Positions 24,047 to 37,160 of a stretch of DNA of 64,000 nucleotides are shown here, piece after piece; the first letter of the stretch is position 1, and the number at the start of each line of letters is the position of its first letter. The translations under genes and the position numbers were made by a program. The stretch covers positions 102,238,001 to 102,302,000 of the forward strand of contig OZ296652.1 in the NCBI GenBank assembly GCA_965655095.1, given 5' to 3'. Source of the stretch: Haplodiscus bocki. Taxonomy: Eukaryota. Under the pieces are notes generated by a model. That model was not told the DNA's origin. It searched no databases and was given only the letters and a program-made list of their open reading frames with translations.

Positions 24047-27000
24047 TTACATTGAACATAAACGATGAAGATTTGTTTGTTTGCAGGACAGTGGAAGCCA
24101 GCAGTTGTATTCAATAACTCCTTTAGGTTTTTTGCAGGGTTTATAGTGAAAATCATTACTCCCATGCCGTACCAGGTCGGTACGTTTCTTCATCTGTTCG
24201 AAGCACGTTTCATCATTTTCCCCACGTTCTGTGGGCGGAAAAATTTCGAGTTCATCATGGGGCAGTTCAAGTTTCTTGTCTGCCCGTTGTCGTACTACGG
24301 TGGCTGAAGTAGATAGCGCTTTATTTTTCCACTTAAAAAATGGTGGCTTTTTTGGCAACGGCGCTAGGTTGTTGTGTTAAAACAGGTTGTTGCGGTTCCT
24401 CAATTTCATCATCAGTAGAAGGAAGCAAATGGTACTGCAGGGATCGCTCGTATTTGCTAGTGTTGACAGGGTGTGGTTTTTAAAAGGTTCATCAGTTCAT
24501 CGATTGGTATGTTCAGCAGCAATTTGTTCAGCAGTTCTGATTGGCCCCCTTGTTTCTTTGTGTTGATTGGTTACTTTGTGATGAGTGTCCTGTGTAGTAT
24601 CAACAGTAGTGTTACGGGAGGAGGTAGTGTTCGCAAGTGCATGGGGGACATGGCGGTTGGAAAATAGGTGGACTTTAGTCTTCGCTGTAGGCATTAAAAT
24701 AGTCTTGTTAGACTCATTCAAGATGCGTGCGCGTTGCTTCTGGAACGCTGATTTGAGTTTAGAATCACGCACGCGCTTTTACACTTGAATAGTTCCATCA
24801 GTACAATGTGGGAACTTGGTAAGTCCAAACTGGACAATCGAGTCCTCAAAAAACAAAACCACTCCATGGATTTAGCAGATGTTCGAATCTATTTGGTTTT
24901 CGACTCACTTACACTGCAATCGGTAACTTGGCGTTTTTACATTTCACCGTACGTCAGGAAAATTTAGACTCTAAAATTCCTATATTTTCATGTGCAAGAA
25001 CAGTTTCTTTTCGGCCTGCAATCTCTCAGATATAGTGCGAGATCTTTCCGCCGATCATCTGTAAATGAACACCTTAGATTCTTCATAAACCACTCTCTAC
25101 GAAATTGTTGAACTGGATCCGACCAGAAGGGTGAATTTGGATCTGTTTTGATTCTTTTGGCAGCCCTAAGAGCGTTACATCATAATTAGCAAGCTGTGAA
25201 GTTTTAGCTGTGTTTGGTATACATGAAAAAAGTCTTTCAGACAACTGCTTTAACTACCCATTGCTAGAAAAATAACTCGTGTTACTCGTGAAGATTTTGA
25301 ATTACCTAGCAAAACGTGCAGAAAATTCATCATTGACAACTAGGGCGATGATTGATTTATCATATTGACTTCCTGCTTTATTAGTTTTGGAATTTTTACA
25401 TGCCTTTGCTCATTTTTTCCATGTTTTGATAGACTATGGATATCTAGTCACACTCAATCCAAAGATTTGAGCAGTGTTACATCGTGGTTAGAGTTCCCCC
25501 AAAAGAGAGATCTCTGGGACGCGTTTATTAAGCCGTTGGGAACACCAGTGGACCGTCCATGTAAATGTAACTGGTCATGTCCGAGGAAAATGTTGAATAC
25601 TTTAAGCGCCGCTGCGCCGGACTTTTATGATTTTTGTGCCCCCTTAGTTAACCATTCGCTTCAACATGCGAAGCATTTCAGCTTGGACTTCCTATTTAGC
25701 ATTGAGGAAATTTTTGACCAGAACATGGTTGATGGGAAGATTGTCATTGGACAAATTTGACAAAATCAGCTGGGAAGACGTAGGTTATCGTAAATCCGAA
25801 TATTATTTCCCTTCAATGGTGGTAGGAAATTTGTAAGAAATAGATTTTTTGTTTTAACTTGAACTACCATTAGATTTTGACCTCCCGAGTGATTTCACAG
25901 TGTAATTTATTCACGGCGATTATGAGTTCTTGCACGCTCGGTCGTTTTGCTTGCATTTGATTGACCGATTGTTTTTATTCTTCAAAGAAAAACAAAAAAA
26001 CGTAGTCACTTGACTCCCCGTAACACAAGTTTTCCAGAAGTCATCTAACTCATCTGCCTCTTTGTTCAGCAAGAAAATACGAAGTATGTCGAAACAAGTA
26101 ATCGGTAAAACTTAGCGTAAGGCCCTGTCCATGTAATACTTCAAAATAAACTAGTTTTTTTCAGCACACCTGAGGTAGTTCTAGTACGGCACAATCAGTT
26201 CCCTGTATGTGGCTTTATTTTACTAGACTCATGGTTTTTGGTCCAGACTTACCTGCAAAAATCCACCATAAGCATACTTGCGAAAATCTACTGACCAAAT
26301 CACCTCTAAAACTTCTAATTCGTTAGTTGAATATTTGCTTCCAGTTCAGTTGGGAAACAAGAAGCAGAAAATGTTGTAGCACAGCACTTAATCACGCTCT
26401 ACTGGCATCACAACATACAACATATACGCAGATTTGCATTTCGGCCAACATGCGTTACTTTGGTTACCCTCTCATCACTTTCAATAAACTCTGTGAACGC
26501 TTTGTTGTGTTTTCCTTTACAATCGCAGGTAATCTCAGTTCTGGCAGTGGTCGTAACAGCAAGAAATTTTGCGCTAAGTTGGGAAAGAATCGATTCAAGC
26601 AGTTCACTGCTCTTGCAACGGGATCGATTTTTTTTCATCATTTTTTTGGCTTTCGACGGTCCGTAATCTCCTGAATTTAACAATTTAAGGGGTCGATACC
26701 TGTTTGGGAGAGCCTAAACTCCAACTTTTCTGCCTCTTTTTCCGCATTTTTGCATTTTTCCAATACGAGGCGAAGATTTTCTATGCAGTTTTTCCCTGCT
26801 TTCCAAAATTTTTGCCAAAGCATACTTTTTGTTCTTCCAATAATGACTAGAATATCATCATTAAGCTTGTAGTTATTGGATAAACCATTTGATATCTTGT
26901 CCACTATTTGATTAAGTTCTGTTTGAATTGTAGTTGACCCATTGAACTTTGTGTTGAAACGACTCACGCCGAAGACTTCGTCGACATAGTTTTTGAAGTT

Positions 27001-28130
27001 GCACTACTCTTACGTTTATTTTTCTCATGAAAGTTGTCCGAAAGGTGTTCAATGCCTGTTGAATTACAGCAGGCCTTTTTCGTTTGTCCAACTGCTCAGC
27101 AAAGATGTCGATCAGATGTTTTTTACTAGGCATCTGATAACGGTCTTCAACAATCGCTTTGTCTAATTTTTGTGCATCTATTGGGATCATCATGCTTTTG
27201 TACTTTCTACGACAAATGCTGATGAGTTGATGAACATCTTATCGTTTCTTGTACGATTTTTCTTTCTTCCGTTCAGATTTATCAAACGTTTAGTCTTTTT
27301 CTGAAACGATTCTTTTAACTGAAATGGCACCACCTGCCTTCTCTGCTGTATGAAGTTTACATCATCTGTGAAGTCAATTTAAATCATGTGGTCGTTATGT
27401 TTTCCTTGTTCCGTGATTAGTTGTGGAAAAACTTGTTGCACTTCACTCCTCTCATAACTCTTACCATCAATCGAATGCGCATTTTTCAATAATTACTAAT
27501 CATCGGAATACTTTCTTTCGCTGCAATCTGATTGGGTGGTTTGAATTGGTAATTCAAGTTTGCCAGTAAATCGCGTCCCACTAGTAAAATGTCCTTCAAC
27601 GTTACCAAAGTTGGCGTTCATTTCAGTTCCTGATTTCCTTTTTTCAGCTGTAGTTGATCAATTCTAGCAAAATCTAGAAGTTGTTCATTAAATTTCACAC
27701 ACGTCGACTGTTGCAAAGGCTGTGAACGCAAAACACATCCGTGTAATTAATTACTTCTACTAAAATTGTGTGAAGATAGTGACCGGCGAACCACAACCAA
27801 CGTTTGCCGTAGATTTTTGGCCTTTTACTTTGTTGACAAAAATGTGTCACCATCTCCGCCAGTTATTATGTTTCTAAGACCTATATTATGGTCATAGCTG
27901 CCCTTACTTGGATCACTCCCATCAATGTATTGTTTTTGTTTATTTTTTGTGTAATTCCTTTTGGTTCTGCTGCACCCAGTAATTCCTGTCTTGAATTACG
28001 TACACCATCTGCAAAATACCTTATTTTGCTAAATTCCTGCATTTCCTTTCGACTGCTTTCCCTGAGAAATTTGTCGGGGTGTAAATTTTTGGGCTCCGCA
28101 ACGGAAACGGTTTTTTCCCGGTGTTTTTGA
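24047..28130 (-). mobile_element. Old, heavily decayed Ty3/Gypsy gag-pol remnant
   Basis: Minus-strand order: Gag zinc-knuckle relic RFRCGA..KC (~28010-28125); RT IDAQKLDKAIVEDRYQMP (26912..27193) and LNDDILVI..LEKCK..EKLEFRLSQTGIDP (26677..26967); RNase H DASRA*LSAVLQ (~26375-26410); post-integrase tail RDSKLKSAF (24497..24772). Confidence 0.75.
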
Positions 28131-28199
28131 TCTCACGTAGGAAAAGAAATGGGATCGATCTTTTTCGCCTTATGAGGTCTGTCGCGTCCAACCACCTTC

Positions 28200-30310
28200 G
28201 CGTACAACAGCGAATTAGAGTGCTTCTTCTGAGCTACTTCTTGCTTATGTGACTAATCGTTCATGAACCGTCTTCCCACGCACAATTGGAACGAAAATAA
28301 CGTATACCAATTTGTTAGTTTGCCCCTCAAAATAACCCGCCGGAATACTAGACAAGAATTTTTCAACTATCCGCCAATTGCATTCTACAACCTACAAAGT
28401 TATGACGCACATTAATTTTTTCCGAACTATTCGAGCAACAGAAGAAAAGACCTAAATTTACTTTCATCGCTAAAAATGATTCAAAGGATGTTTCAGTGAC
28501 TTGTGGTTGTCAAAGACTTATACGTTCAATAAAATTTTTGGACGAGACTTTAGACGCATTGGTAAAAAACATGAAGAATCATGCTTTTGTTTTTAGGGTA
28601 AAACTTTTTGAATACGGGTGGCAGTTTTTTGAGCAAAAAAGCTCTTTGTTATGAAGCTTTCAAATAGTTCAGTGATTATGACAAATTGTCAACTAACCCC
28701 CAAAAATGAAACTTTTTCATCTCTAACAATCGACGCCCCAAATGTAGAGAAGACTAATAAAATCATGAAAGAATTCAATCTTTAAACTGGGCTAGAATTA
28801 ACAGATTTTTTTATCTGGCAGACGTAGTTCTATTAGTTGATGCTCTTTGTAAATATTTGAAAAACTCTCAGGAAGCGAATGATTTAAATCCATCACATTT
28901 TATATCATTTCCAAATTATGCTTACACTGTGTCTTGTATAAAACAAAACAACCAATTAAAAAGAAAAAAAGAAGAATTTTTTATTTCTGCTTAAAAATTT
29001 CAGAGGAGGTGTATCTGGTAAATTTGGCCCACATTTTTTTTGAATATTTCGGAGGATTTTGATGTAATATACAGATGCCAATAATTTAAATGAGTGGGCG
29101 ATGATCCAAGCTTTACCTTCTGCTGGATATGAATTTGTGCTAATAATTTCAGATGAGATACTCGCAACAGCAGATGATAGCAGATTTGGTTGCTTTGTTG
29201 ATGTGGACTTGGAAGATAGACATCACAAAAATAAAACACGCTATTTCCATTTAAGTCCTGAATCTAAAAAAGTTATTTCAGATTAAAAGAATTTTTCCCT
29301 GACTTTATGAAAAAGGAATGCCACCAAATTTCAGAGCTGTGTAAAAATTGATTTGCGAGTGGACTAATGAGAGTTTTTCTTTTAAACTTTAGAGAAACTT
29401 AAATTTTTATGTCTAATGGGAATGAAACTTCGGAAAATAAAAAAATATGAAGATCAAGCAAAAGGAATCCTTGAAACTAACCAGAGACTTGAATACGAAA
29501 CTGAGAGCTAAATTTAAAAAAATTCAGGAAAATGTTTGTAAAGGTATGAATGGTTGTATTTCAGGAAGGTTTGTGGATGATTTAAGAAAAACAAAAAGAC
29601 AAGTAACCGCTAGAACTGCGGAAGATTGTATTAAAACACCATCAAAAATAACTTTTAACCAATACAAAAAAAAATGAAATACTAGCAGCTGGAGGCAATC
29701 CCTTACTATATCTGTCCCTGATAAACGAGTATTTACTTTTAGCAACCCAATACACATAAATTTCTCCAATTTATAAATATCATTTTCTTTTATGCACAAA
29801 ACGGAAAACTTTAGGTTACAACGATTTTCTGGAGAGAAAAACTTGAAACGTCTTTATAGGACTACAGACTCACCTAAGAATTGTTTTCGAACATATGATT
29901 CAGCTACCGATAAAAAAATCACAGGAAAGATGATATGTTTGATTTTAGTATTTTAGAGAAAAGTCCTAAATTATATGGCGAAACAAAAGAAGAAATCTCG
30001 GTAAAATCAAAATACAGACACCAGATTCACCTGGCGTTGTTGATTTTGCTACACTAAGCGCAAAAGCGTATGTTTACACACAAAAAAAGAAGAATGTGAA
30101 AAAATTAGGGGAATTACACAGGCAGCAGTAAAAATCATACTCTTCAGTAAATTTAGAGATTGACTAGACAATGAGAAAAAGCTTTCAGCACAATAGAAAA
30201 ATGTATAAAAAACGTACTTATGAGAAACGATCGTCATAAACCATCGGCACGATCAACTAATAAAAAAGGTTTGTCTAAATCAGATCAAAGAAAAAAATAT
30301 ATGCGCGACT
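28200..30310 (+). pseudogene. Protein-primed family B DNA polymerase (pPolB), disrupted
   Basis: PIAFYNLQSYDAH (ExoII, 28374-28412); FYLADVVLLVD (ExoIII); RGGVSG (~29002); YTDANNLNEWAMIQALP (motif A, 29068); KLICEW; CKGMNGCISGR (motif B); LYRTTDS (motif C, ~29855); TLSAKAY; KIRGI. Many stops and frameshifts. Confidence 0.88.
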
Positions 30311-30349
30311 GAAAGTGATAGAAAGTCGGATAGATCCAAAGTAACCTAT

Positions 30350-31220
30350 TAATTTTTTTCAAAAAAATATCAAACAGTAATTGAAAAAGAAAACAGTTTT
30401 TGCGGATGAGTTTTATGCCAACCTTTCCCTCCTCCCCCCCCCCCCAAAAAAAAAACCTGCTACTAACGGAACTAATATATAATAAATAAGATGGTTTTTG
30501 GAGCATAGTTTTTCTAGACTTAAATGATTATGGGCCGAAAAAATAGGCTATAGATATAACTCAGTAATCATCGATAACTTTAAGTAAGTTGGATGGATTG
30601 TTCCAATTGGAATTAAAAAAGTTCAAACAAAAAAAGAGATTCATTTGAAAACATTCTTAAATCCTCAAAAAGAGAATCAAAATTATACGAGACTGATGAT
30701 AAAAATGAATTTGTAAGCAAAGTCTTTACTGAAGTCCCGAAAAATTTTTGGAATGTACAGTCGCCATACATCAAATGGAGCATTTTCGTTGAACGTTTAG
30801 ATCGAGCTTTTGAAGATTTCTTGGAAACGCCTGTTTTCGAGAAGAGTGCTGGAATTTGGAAAAATAAATTGAACACAGTATCAAAACATTATAATAATAC
30901 AGAACTTTCTTCAACTAAGTTGTCACAATAACAGCGTCATAGAATATGAACGAAGGATGTGATCATCAAAAATCATTAGGTAGAAGAAGGACAATGGAAG
31001 CAGAATAAAAATTGGTAGATTTGGTCAGAAAGGCAGACAAAAAAATCTCCAGAGGTGATACAATAAAAAAAGTTTCACCAGTTTCATCAAATACAGTTTT
31101 ATTACTGACACAATAACAATTTTTCATATGAATCATAGAATTGAAAGATACAACAAAACTTCACTTAAAAAGTCGGAATTACCAGTGAAAAGAAATGAGA
31201 ACGTACTATACGGATTACAT
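30350..31220 (+). pseudogene. Polinton retroviral-like integrase, disrupted
   Basis: WSIVFLDLNDYGP (~30498), VIIDNF (~30565), DSFENILKSSKRESKLYETDDKNEF, FVERLDR, YNNT..SSTKL, DLVRKAD, ERYNKTSLKK. Confidence 0.85.
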
Positions 31221-31229
31221 TTATTTTAG

Positions 31230-32480
31230 GTCAAAATGTCTTTGTCCATCATCACTGATTGATAGTAACTTTTTTGTTAGCATAAGAACATGTCCAACTA
31301 TAGTAGCAAGAATAATTAGATCCTAAATGAAAAATACTTTTATAGATTGTGCAAAAGAATTATTCTTTTGATATATTATAACGGAAAAATTTTTTTATCC
31401 ATTATAATCAATATAAATGGCGGCTGCAATAACTTTATCACTTATGAAGTCTCCGTGTGATATCTATAGTTGCAGGATATCACCTTTTGTCACTTTTTTC
31501 AAACAATGTACAAGTTGACCATAAACATGATCGAATTTAAATTGAGCATAAACTAATCTTATACTAGCTTCAGGTTATTTATTTGTTCTCACAAAACAAT
31601 GAGCAAAACTAACTGGCAGTCTAAGGGAGCCCTGATTATTCAGTTCTTCATTGTTTACTCTATCTCTCTTTGTTCAAACCTTACTTTCACCTCTATTGGT
31701 TTGCCAGCTCCACTGTTAACTCCTAGGTCAAAGTTCCTCCCACTTTGTTGTTCCACAAATTTACTAAGAACCGATCTTTTAAAATAAGAAAAATCAGTTG
31801 GGATTTTAAATAAAATAAAATCACTCATCAACTCTTGTTGACCTACACCTGCTGGATAATGTGGTACAGACGAACTTTTAGTTTTTTCCGTGTTTGCCCC
31901 ATCTGCAGTAGCGTCATTTAAACCTAAAAATAAACTATCAATACTTTTTTATTTGTTAAATTTCAACCCAATTCATATGTACTTTTCTCCTGATATCAGC
32001 AAAACCAAAAGTACCTTTCAATACAATGCTCATATGAAATTCACCATAATTCCACTATTTAGTTGTAGAATAACTCGCAAAGTTGTCAATTCGACAATGA
32101 AAACCAGTAACTAAATATACCCTCTAGCTGAAGTCAAGTTTTATACATGAAACAAACAGTCTGAGCGTGGTCAGTTTTTTCTAATTCCGTTCCACCACTA
32201 GCTGATAACTTATACTCACTCAAAAAATTAATTGGACTTGAATTAAAAACTTTCACATTTTCGGCAGCTAAAAATCTTGTCAGTTCCTCTGTCATTACGA
32301 TCAAAAACTAAATCAAGAGAACTTTCTCCTAAAGATATTGCTGAATCTTCTCTTGGTCTGTCAAAAAAAGTTAATTGTTTGCTGTCTAAAAATTAGCTAA
32401 TGCTTGATGGATATAACAAAATTCTTCACCTTTACGGACTGGTCTATCAACATAAAGTTTTCAGATAACCTAATTATGTA
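31230..32480 (-). pseudogene. Putative Polinton major capsid protein, disrupted
   Basis: Minus-strand blocks RPREDSAISL, SPINFLSEYKLSASGGTELEKTDHAQ, LKGTFGFA and VPHYP..PTDFSYFKRSV..FDLGVNSG. The ~1.25 kb size and the position fit a double-jelly-roll capsid gene; fold assignment is inference. Confidence 0.6.
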
Positions 32481-33369
32481 TAATAGTTTAAAATTGAAAA
32501 TACTTATGCGATGGGTTTTGGTAATACTTTTTTATTCTAATAATTTTTTGAACATGGCAACAATTTAAAAATCAAAGCTTTTTGTATCAATTGCCATTGG
32601 CTTTTCCGAATATTCATCGCAAAATACTACATAATTTTTCTGGATTTTCTGAAAGAAATTTGATTCCGGAACCAGATTGCTCAACTTCTCTATCAAAAAA
32701 TATTTTATCTTAAGAATCATATTAATCAACAATTTAATCACTTCCCCAGCGTTCACCTTTCCTCTCCAGGGCTTTACTTTTTTCTTCAATCGCAGGTACT
32801 AACGTAGATGTTTCTTTTTTCAAATCAGATATAGCAGATTTTCTCTCGTACTATTATTTCTAAGATAAGGATTCAAACCCATTTGAGCTGAGAAACAACG
32901 TAAAAAATCTCGATCGTCCGAATTTTTTGCATTAAATGTCATATCATTGTTTCCTTCTAGGAGATCACTTTTCAAATTGAGATTTTTTTCAGTTACGTTA
33001 AATGGAGATTTTTCGAAAGCAAATTCATCTCGTTCAATTTTGACTGTCCGAACTTTTAACAGGTATTGGTCATTTTTACATATTGCACCTGGATTAGTAA
33101 TTGGTTTTATTGCAAATTGAGAAACAGGACTGGCCAAAAACTAATCCTAGTTTTGGGCCAGTCTTATGTTCACTTCTGGGCTCATCTTCAGGGTGGCTCG
33201 AAGAGCAACGAGGTTCTTGCAATTTCTCTCAGAGAGTCACTTGTGCCTCGAAAGCAGCCAACGTTCTCAAAGTGAGTTGTTTATTGTTACTAAACGTATT
33301 TGTGTTCATTCCTTTACTTTTCAAAAAAAAATTGTTTTTAAAATGATTTAAATGTGCGCCTCGCGCATA

Positions 33370-33930
33370 GTCGGCATACCCGACACAGTTTGTAAAAACA
33401 TTACATAAAGAGTCATTTTCTTTTTCATCAGTCACATTACCTTGTCAACGTTTTCCAGATAATTTGTCAAAAGATTTGAAAGCATTTTGAGATCTTTCAT
33501 TTCTTTTTCTTTCATTTACAACGAATATTAATAAACTTTTCATACAAACCTTTGTTAGTTAAATTCAAACCAAATTAACTACCCGTCGAAATTGATATCA
33601 CTATCAATCCAAAACCAGTAGCAAATAAGGTTAAAGAAGTGGAGTTTGTAGCAATGTTAAGGAAAGTATCAAATGTTTTTAAAACAGCAGTTACAGACTT
33701 TGTATTTTTTTAATTTCTTCTTTGATTTACGATTTTCATCTTTGAAGTATGTAATAGTTTCCGAAAGGTTAATTTTAGAAATATTGAAACTGTTGTTATT
33801 ATTTGTTAGTTTTTTTCTAATCTCTTTTCAATTTTTGTATTTGGTTCTAAAGGTGCAGATGAAAACAAACTTCTTGTTAGAAGTTTTCAAAGTTGAAATT
33901 TTAATATTGTATTTGTCTCAAAACAATTTC
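33370..33930 (-). pseudogene. Polinton small membrane protein, disrupted
   Basis: Basic KKKLKKYK followed by hydrophobic IATNSTSLTLFATGFGLIVISISTG and a C-terminal ENDSLCNVFT block. Confidence 0.5.
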
Positions 33931-34320
33931 TCCGAGATAAATTCCTTTGCCCGTATGAGAAAAATGAATATATCCGTAATTCTAGATGGAGCTGTTCTAG
34001 AAGTTTTAGAAACAGCAGCATTTGCAATCATGGCTATAAACTCCAGTGCTCTCGCAGGATTTTTATTACATTTTTTTTCGCGAAATTTTTACGTGCTAAG
34101 TTTTTACGTGCTATGGCAGCGCTTCTTCCCAAATGTTTGAGGAGGTTAACTAATCCTTCATTTTGTATTGTATTTTCACCAACAACCAATGGGTTTTTCT
34201 ATTACACTGATCACAAAAACCAATTATTAAATTTTGACCTGTTTCAATATCAACACCGTTGAAAGATATAGTTGCAGGTCGATGGCGGCCGCCAACACAA
34301 TTTTAACTATTTTCAATTTT
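33930..34320 (-). pseudogene. Polinton small basic protein (Cys motif plus amphipathic segment), disrupted
   Basis: CVGGRH..IGFCDQCNRK..EGLVNLLKHLGR..KNPARALE..FSHTGKG on the minus strand. Confidence 0.5.
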
Positions 34321-34439
34321 TTGATAAAGCATTTTTCAAAAAACAAAACAGGATTAAAATTTTTCGCGATATACGAACAGTGAAGAAAAAATTAAAGCGT
34401 TTGTAATCTTACTTGAATTTTTAGGAAATTTAAAAAGTT

Positions 34440-35010
34440 AAAGTACAAGTCACAGTTTCAACATTGAAATCAACCTTACCATTGTTTCTAAAAAACAACA
34501 AGATAACACTTAATGTGGCTTTCTTTTTTTCTAATAAATTGTTTCAAGTTCACAGGGAATTTCAAAACTTGACCGTTTACCCGATGCAAATGCAAAAAAA
34601 ACTTTTTGTTGTACTCCATTCGCAAAACTTCCTTCGATACAACCATTTTTCAAAAAAACTCTATCAAATGTAAAATTGGTTACAATTTTAATTTTAGTAT
34701 TTGTAGGAATAAACGTTCAGTCCCAGTATGGATTAAAGCCTAAAAGTTTTGCGGAAGTTGATTTTTCAACCACGGATAAAGCTTCCCTTGTTTCATATTT
34801 TTCTCACTTACAAAAAAAATAGGAAAAATTTTTTTCAACAATTCAATCAGCTGTTTTTTTCATGTTTCACTGTTTCTTCTGCACATTCAAATAAATGAGA
34901 ATTATGTAGTTTCAAAAAAAATTAAAACTTTTTCATCAATACGTTTTGTTTTAAAAAATTTTCATGTTTTGGACAAACACTGATTGTATTCAGCAAAAGT
35001 GCTTTCATAA
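34440..35010 (-). pseudogene. Putative minor capsid (penton-like) gene 1, disrupted
   Basis: KSTSAKLLGFNPYWD and a C-terminal FAFAS..NNGKVDFNVETVTCT, resembling the vdFnGe.vtft ending of Polinton minor capsid proteins. Confidence 0.5.
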
Positions 35011-35539
35011 GCAATACTACTTTGGTCGTCTAGGAAAAAATTCACTTTCCCTCCTGTTAGTTTCAATTAGTTTATCATTACTTTTGTTTTATTGTCTTTT
35101 ATTATTTTCAATCTCTCAATTATAATTGGTTTTAAATCTTCAAAATTTTCTTCACCTGAAACTATCTCAATATCTTTTTCTTTTTTATCGAAAAGTTCTT
35201 TTTTCAAATAAATATTCTCTTCTTCGACTTCATGGATTTAATTTTTAAGTTTGATTATTTCATTTCTTTTATTGAAATTGGAATCAAACACTTGAATTTT
35301 GGTAACCCTATCGACCAATTTCTCCTTAAATCTGTGGTGTGTCGAAAGTAATTGTCTCCTATCAATTATCCAGTTTGAATTCTAAACTTTCCTGTGGTTT
35401 CGTTTGTATTTGGTTGAATAATGTATTTGTATTTTTTGCAATTGGAAGTATCAAATCTTTTAACTCTTTTCCTGGATTGAACCTTTTTAAATCTATAATT
35501 ATACTTATAACCTAGCGAAGAGAAAAAATTTTGTAATTA

Positions 35540-36530
35540 CATTTGAATTGATAGAATAGTGAAATTCACAGTTTCACCTGTTAGTTTAACACCATTATTG
35601 TCAGCATTTTGCAGATAGAACAAATGAAATGTTTTTTTCATTTCAATGTTCAATCTCTGGTCTTTCAATTATCCTGGTCCTAAATTTAGCGCAAAACTAA
35701 AGGAAATAGTTCCTCCGGTGCATTTTGCTATACTTTCATTGAAAGAACCAAATTTTAAAAAAATTATCAAATATGGTAAAACTAATCTGTTGATCTTTTC
35801 AAAACTTTTTTGCTTAGTATCTTTTTTGAAAGTCGAGAAAACCCAGACAGTTTTCGAAATAGAGAATTGATATCAAATTTCACTTTCAATTTAATGTTTT
35901 CACCGTATATTACCATAGATGTTTTCTTTGTTAAGTGGTCCAGGTCAACTGTTATAAAATGACACAGGGCCTCACTAATTGTCTTCATTTGATACGTTCC
36001 TTCTGGTTTTGACCAGTATTGTGTCTTCGACTCATGACATTTTATGTCCATTGTTCCCAAAAATTCTTTTAATGTAAAAATCATTCTGTATATCGTATCT
36101 TCTTAGTCTTTATGATTTTTTTGTTCTTTTTAATAGTTTGGTTACATTTTATGTTGGAAGATCATGGTCAGAACCAGATGAAGGAGCAGAGTTGGTTTCC
36201 GTATTTCTATGCCGTCTTCATATGTAAATTATGTTCTGTTCTCAGTTTTTTTACAAACGAAAGTCTAAAGGAATGTCTTTACAGTCAATTGTAAAATCAT
36301 TACAAAAACCGGAAAAAAACTAATGAAGTTATTGTTCTTCTCTGTTAGAAGAAAATTAGAGTTAAATACTTTTAAATTTACTCCCATCATCCATTTGCCT
36401 CTTCTTAGTTTTGGAGGTATATAAATGAAAAAAAATGGTTCGACCAATGTAATCTAATTTCTAAGATTTCTTGTGGCCTTGTCTTTGTTCGCTCAGTTAA
36501 TGTATCCGTTTTTTTTTGTATCAAAAAAAG
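35540..36530 (-). pseudogene. Putative minor capsid (penton-like) gene 2, disrupted
   Basis: GKWMMGVNLKVFNSNFLLTEKNN (N-terminal), KPEGTYQM, NSLFRKLSGF, SFALNLGPG..FYLQNADNNGVKLTGETVNFTI (C-terminal). Confidence 0.55.
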
Positions 36531-36829
36531 GCTGTCTGACTCAATTAAATTCAACTATTAACTTTGAATGCTTCAGTAGATTCTTCGTTTATAAACCTTT
36601 AGTTGTTTTTATTTATCGTTTTCCATGTGTTTTTACGTTTGTTTTTTCTTCTGGAATTGACTTAATTTGTGGTTAATCTGTCGGGTGGATATTTTCCTTA
36701 TCTACAGGTGTGCGCGTGCTTCGTGCAAGGTTTCCTTTGGGAACGTCTTTTGCACGGTTAACAATTTCTGTTTTTCTTGCCTCCATTTACGATAATAGAC
36801 ATTCAATATTGTTGTTTCGTACTCTTTTT

Positions 36830-37160
36830 TTGAATTTTTAGTTAGGTGAAAAGCATATAAAGAAAGGGAGGCGCAATAACTAACACTTCATTGTGTCTTA
36901 TTTTCAATAAAATTACTTTCTATTTTTTTATGATTTAATCGGAGAATAAATTTGGTGATGTCCAACCATGAAAATCAAAAAGTTGTTTTTGTATAAAAAA
37001 CCCAACGAGTTCCTTGAGTTGGATCAAGATTACCCACTCTATGTTCTGTTAAAAATTTACTATCTCCGATTTAAATCTTTGTATTTAATCCTATTTTGTA
37101 TAGTACCTGCTGTATTTTTACGTTTGATGTTGCCTACTTTTTCAGATCAAAATTATTAAC
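36830..37160 (-). pseudogene. Adenain-like cysteine protease, disrupted
   Basis: VGNLDPTQGTRWVFY (cf. vN.....GtHW), FDFHG (cf. FDSyG) and SYCASLSLY (cf. CG.yClyf). The catalytic His position reads Arg. Confidence 0.65.
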
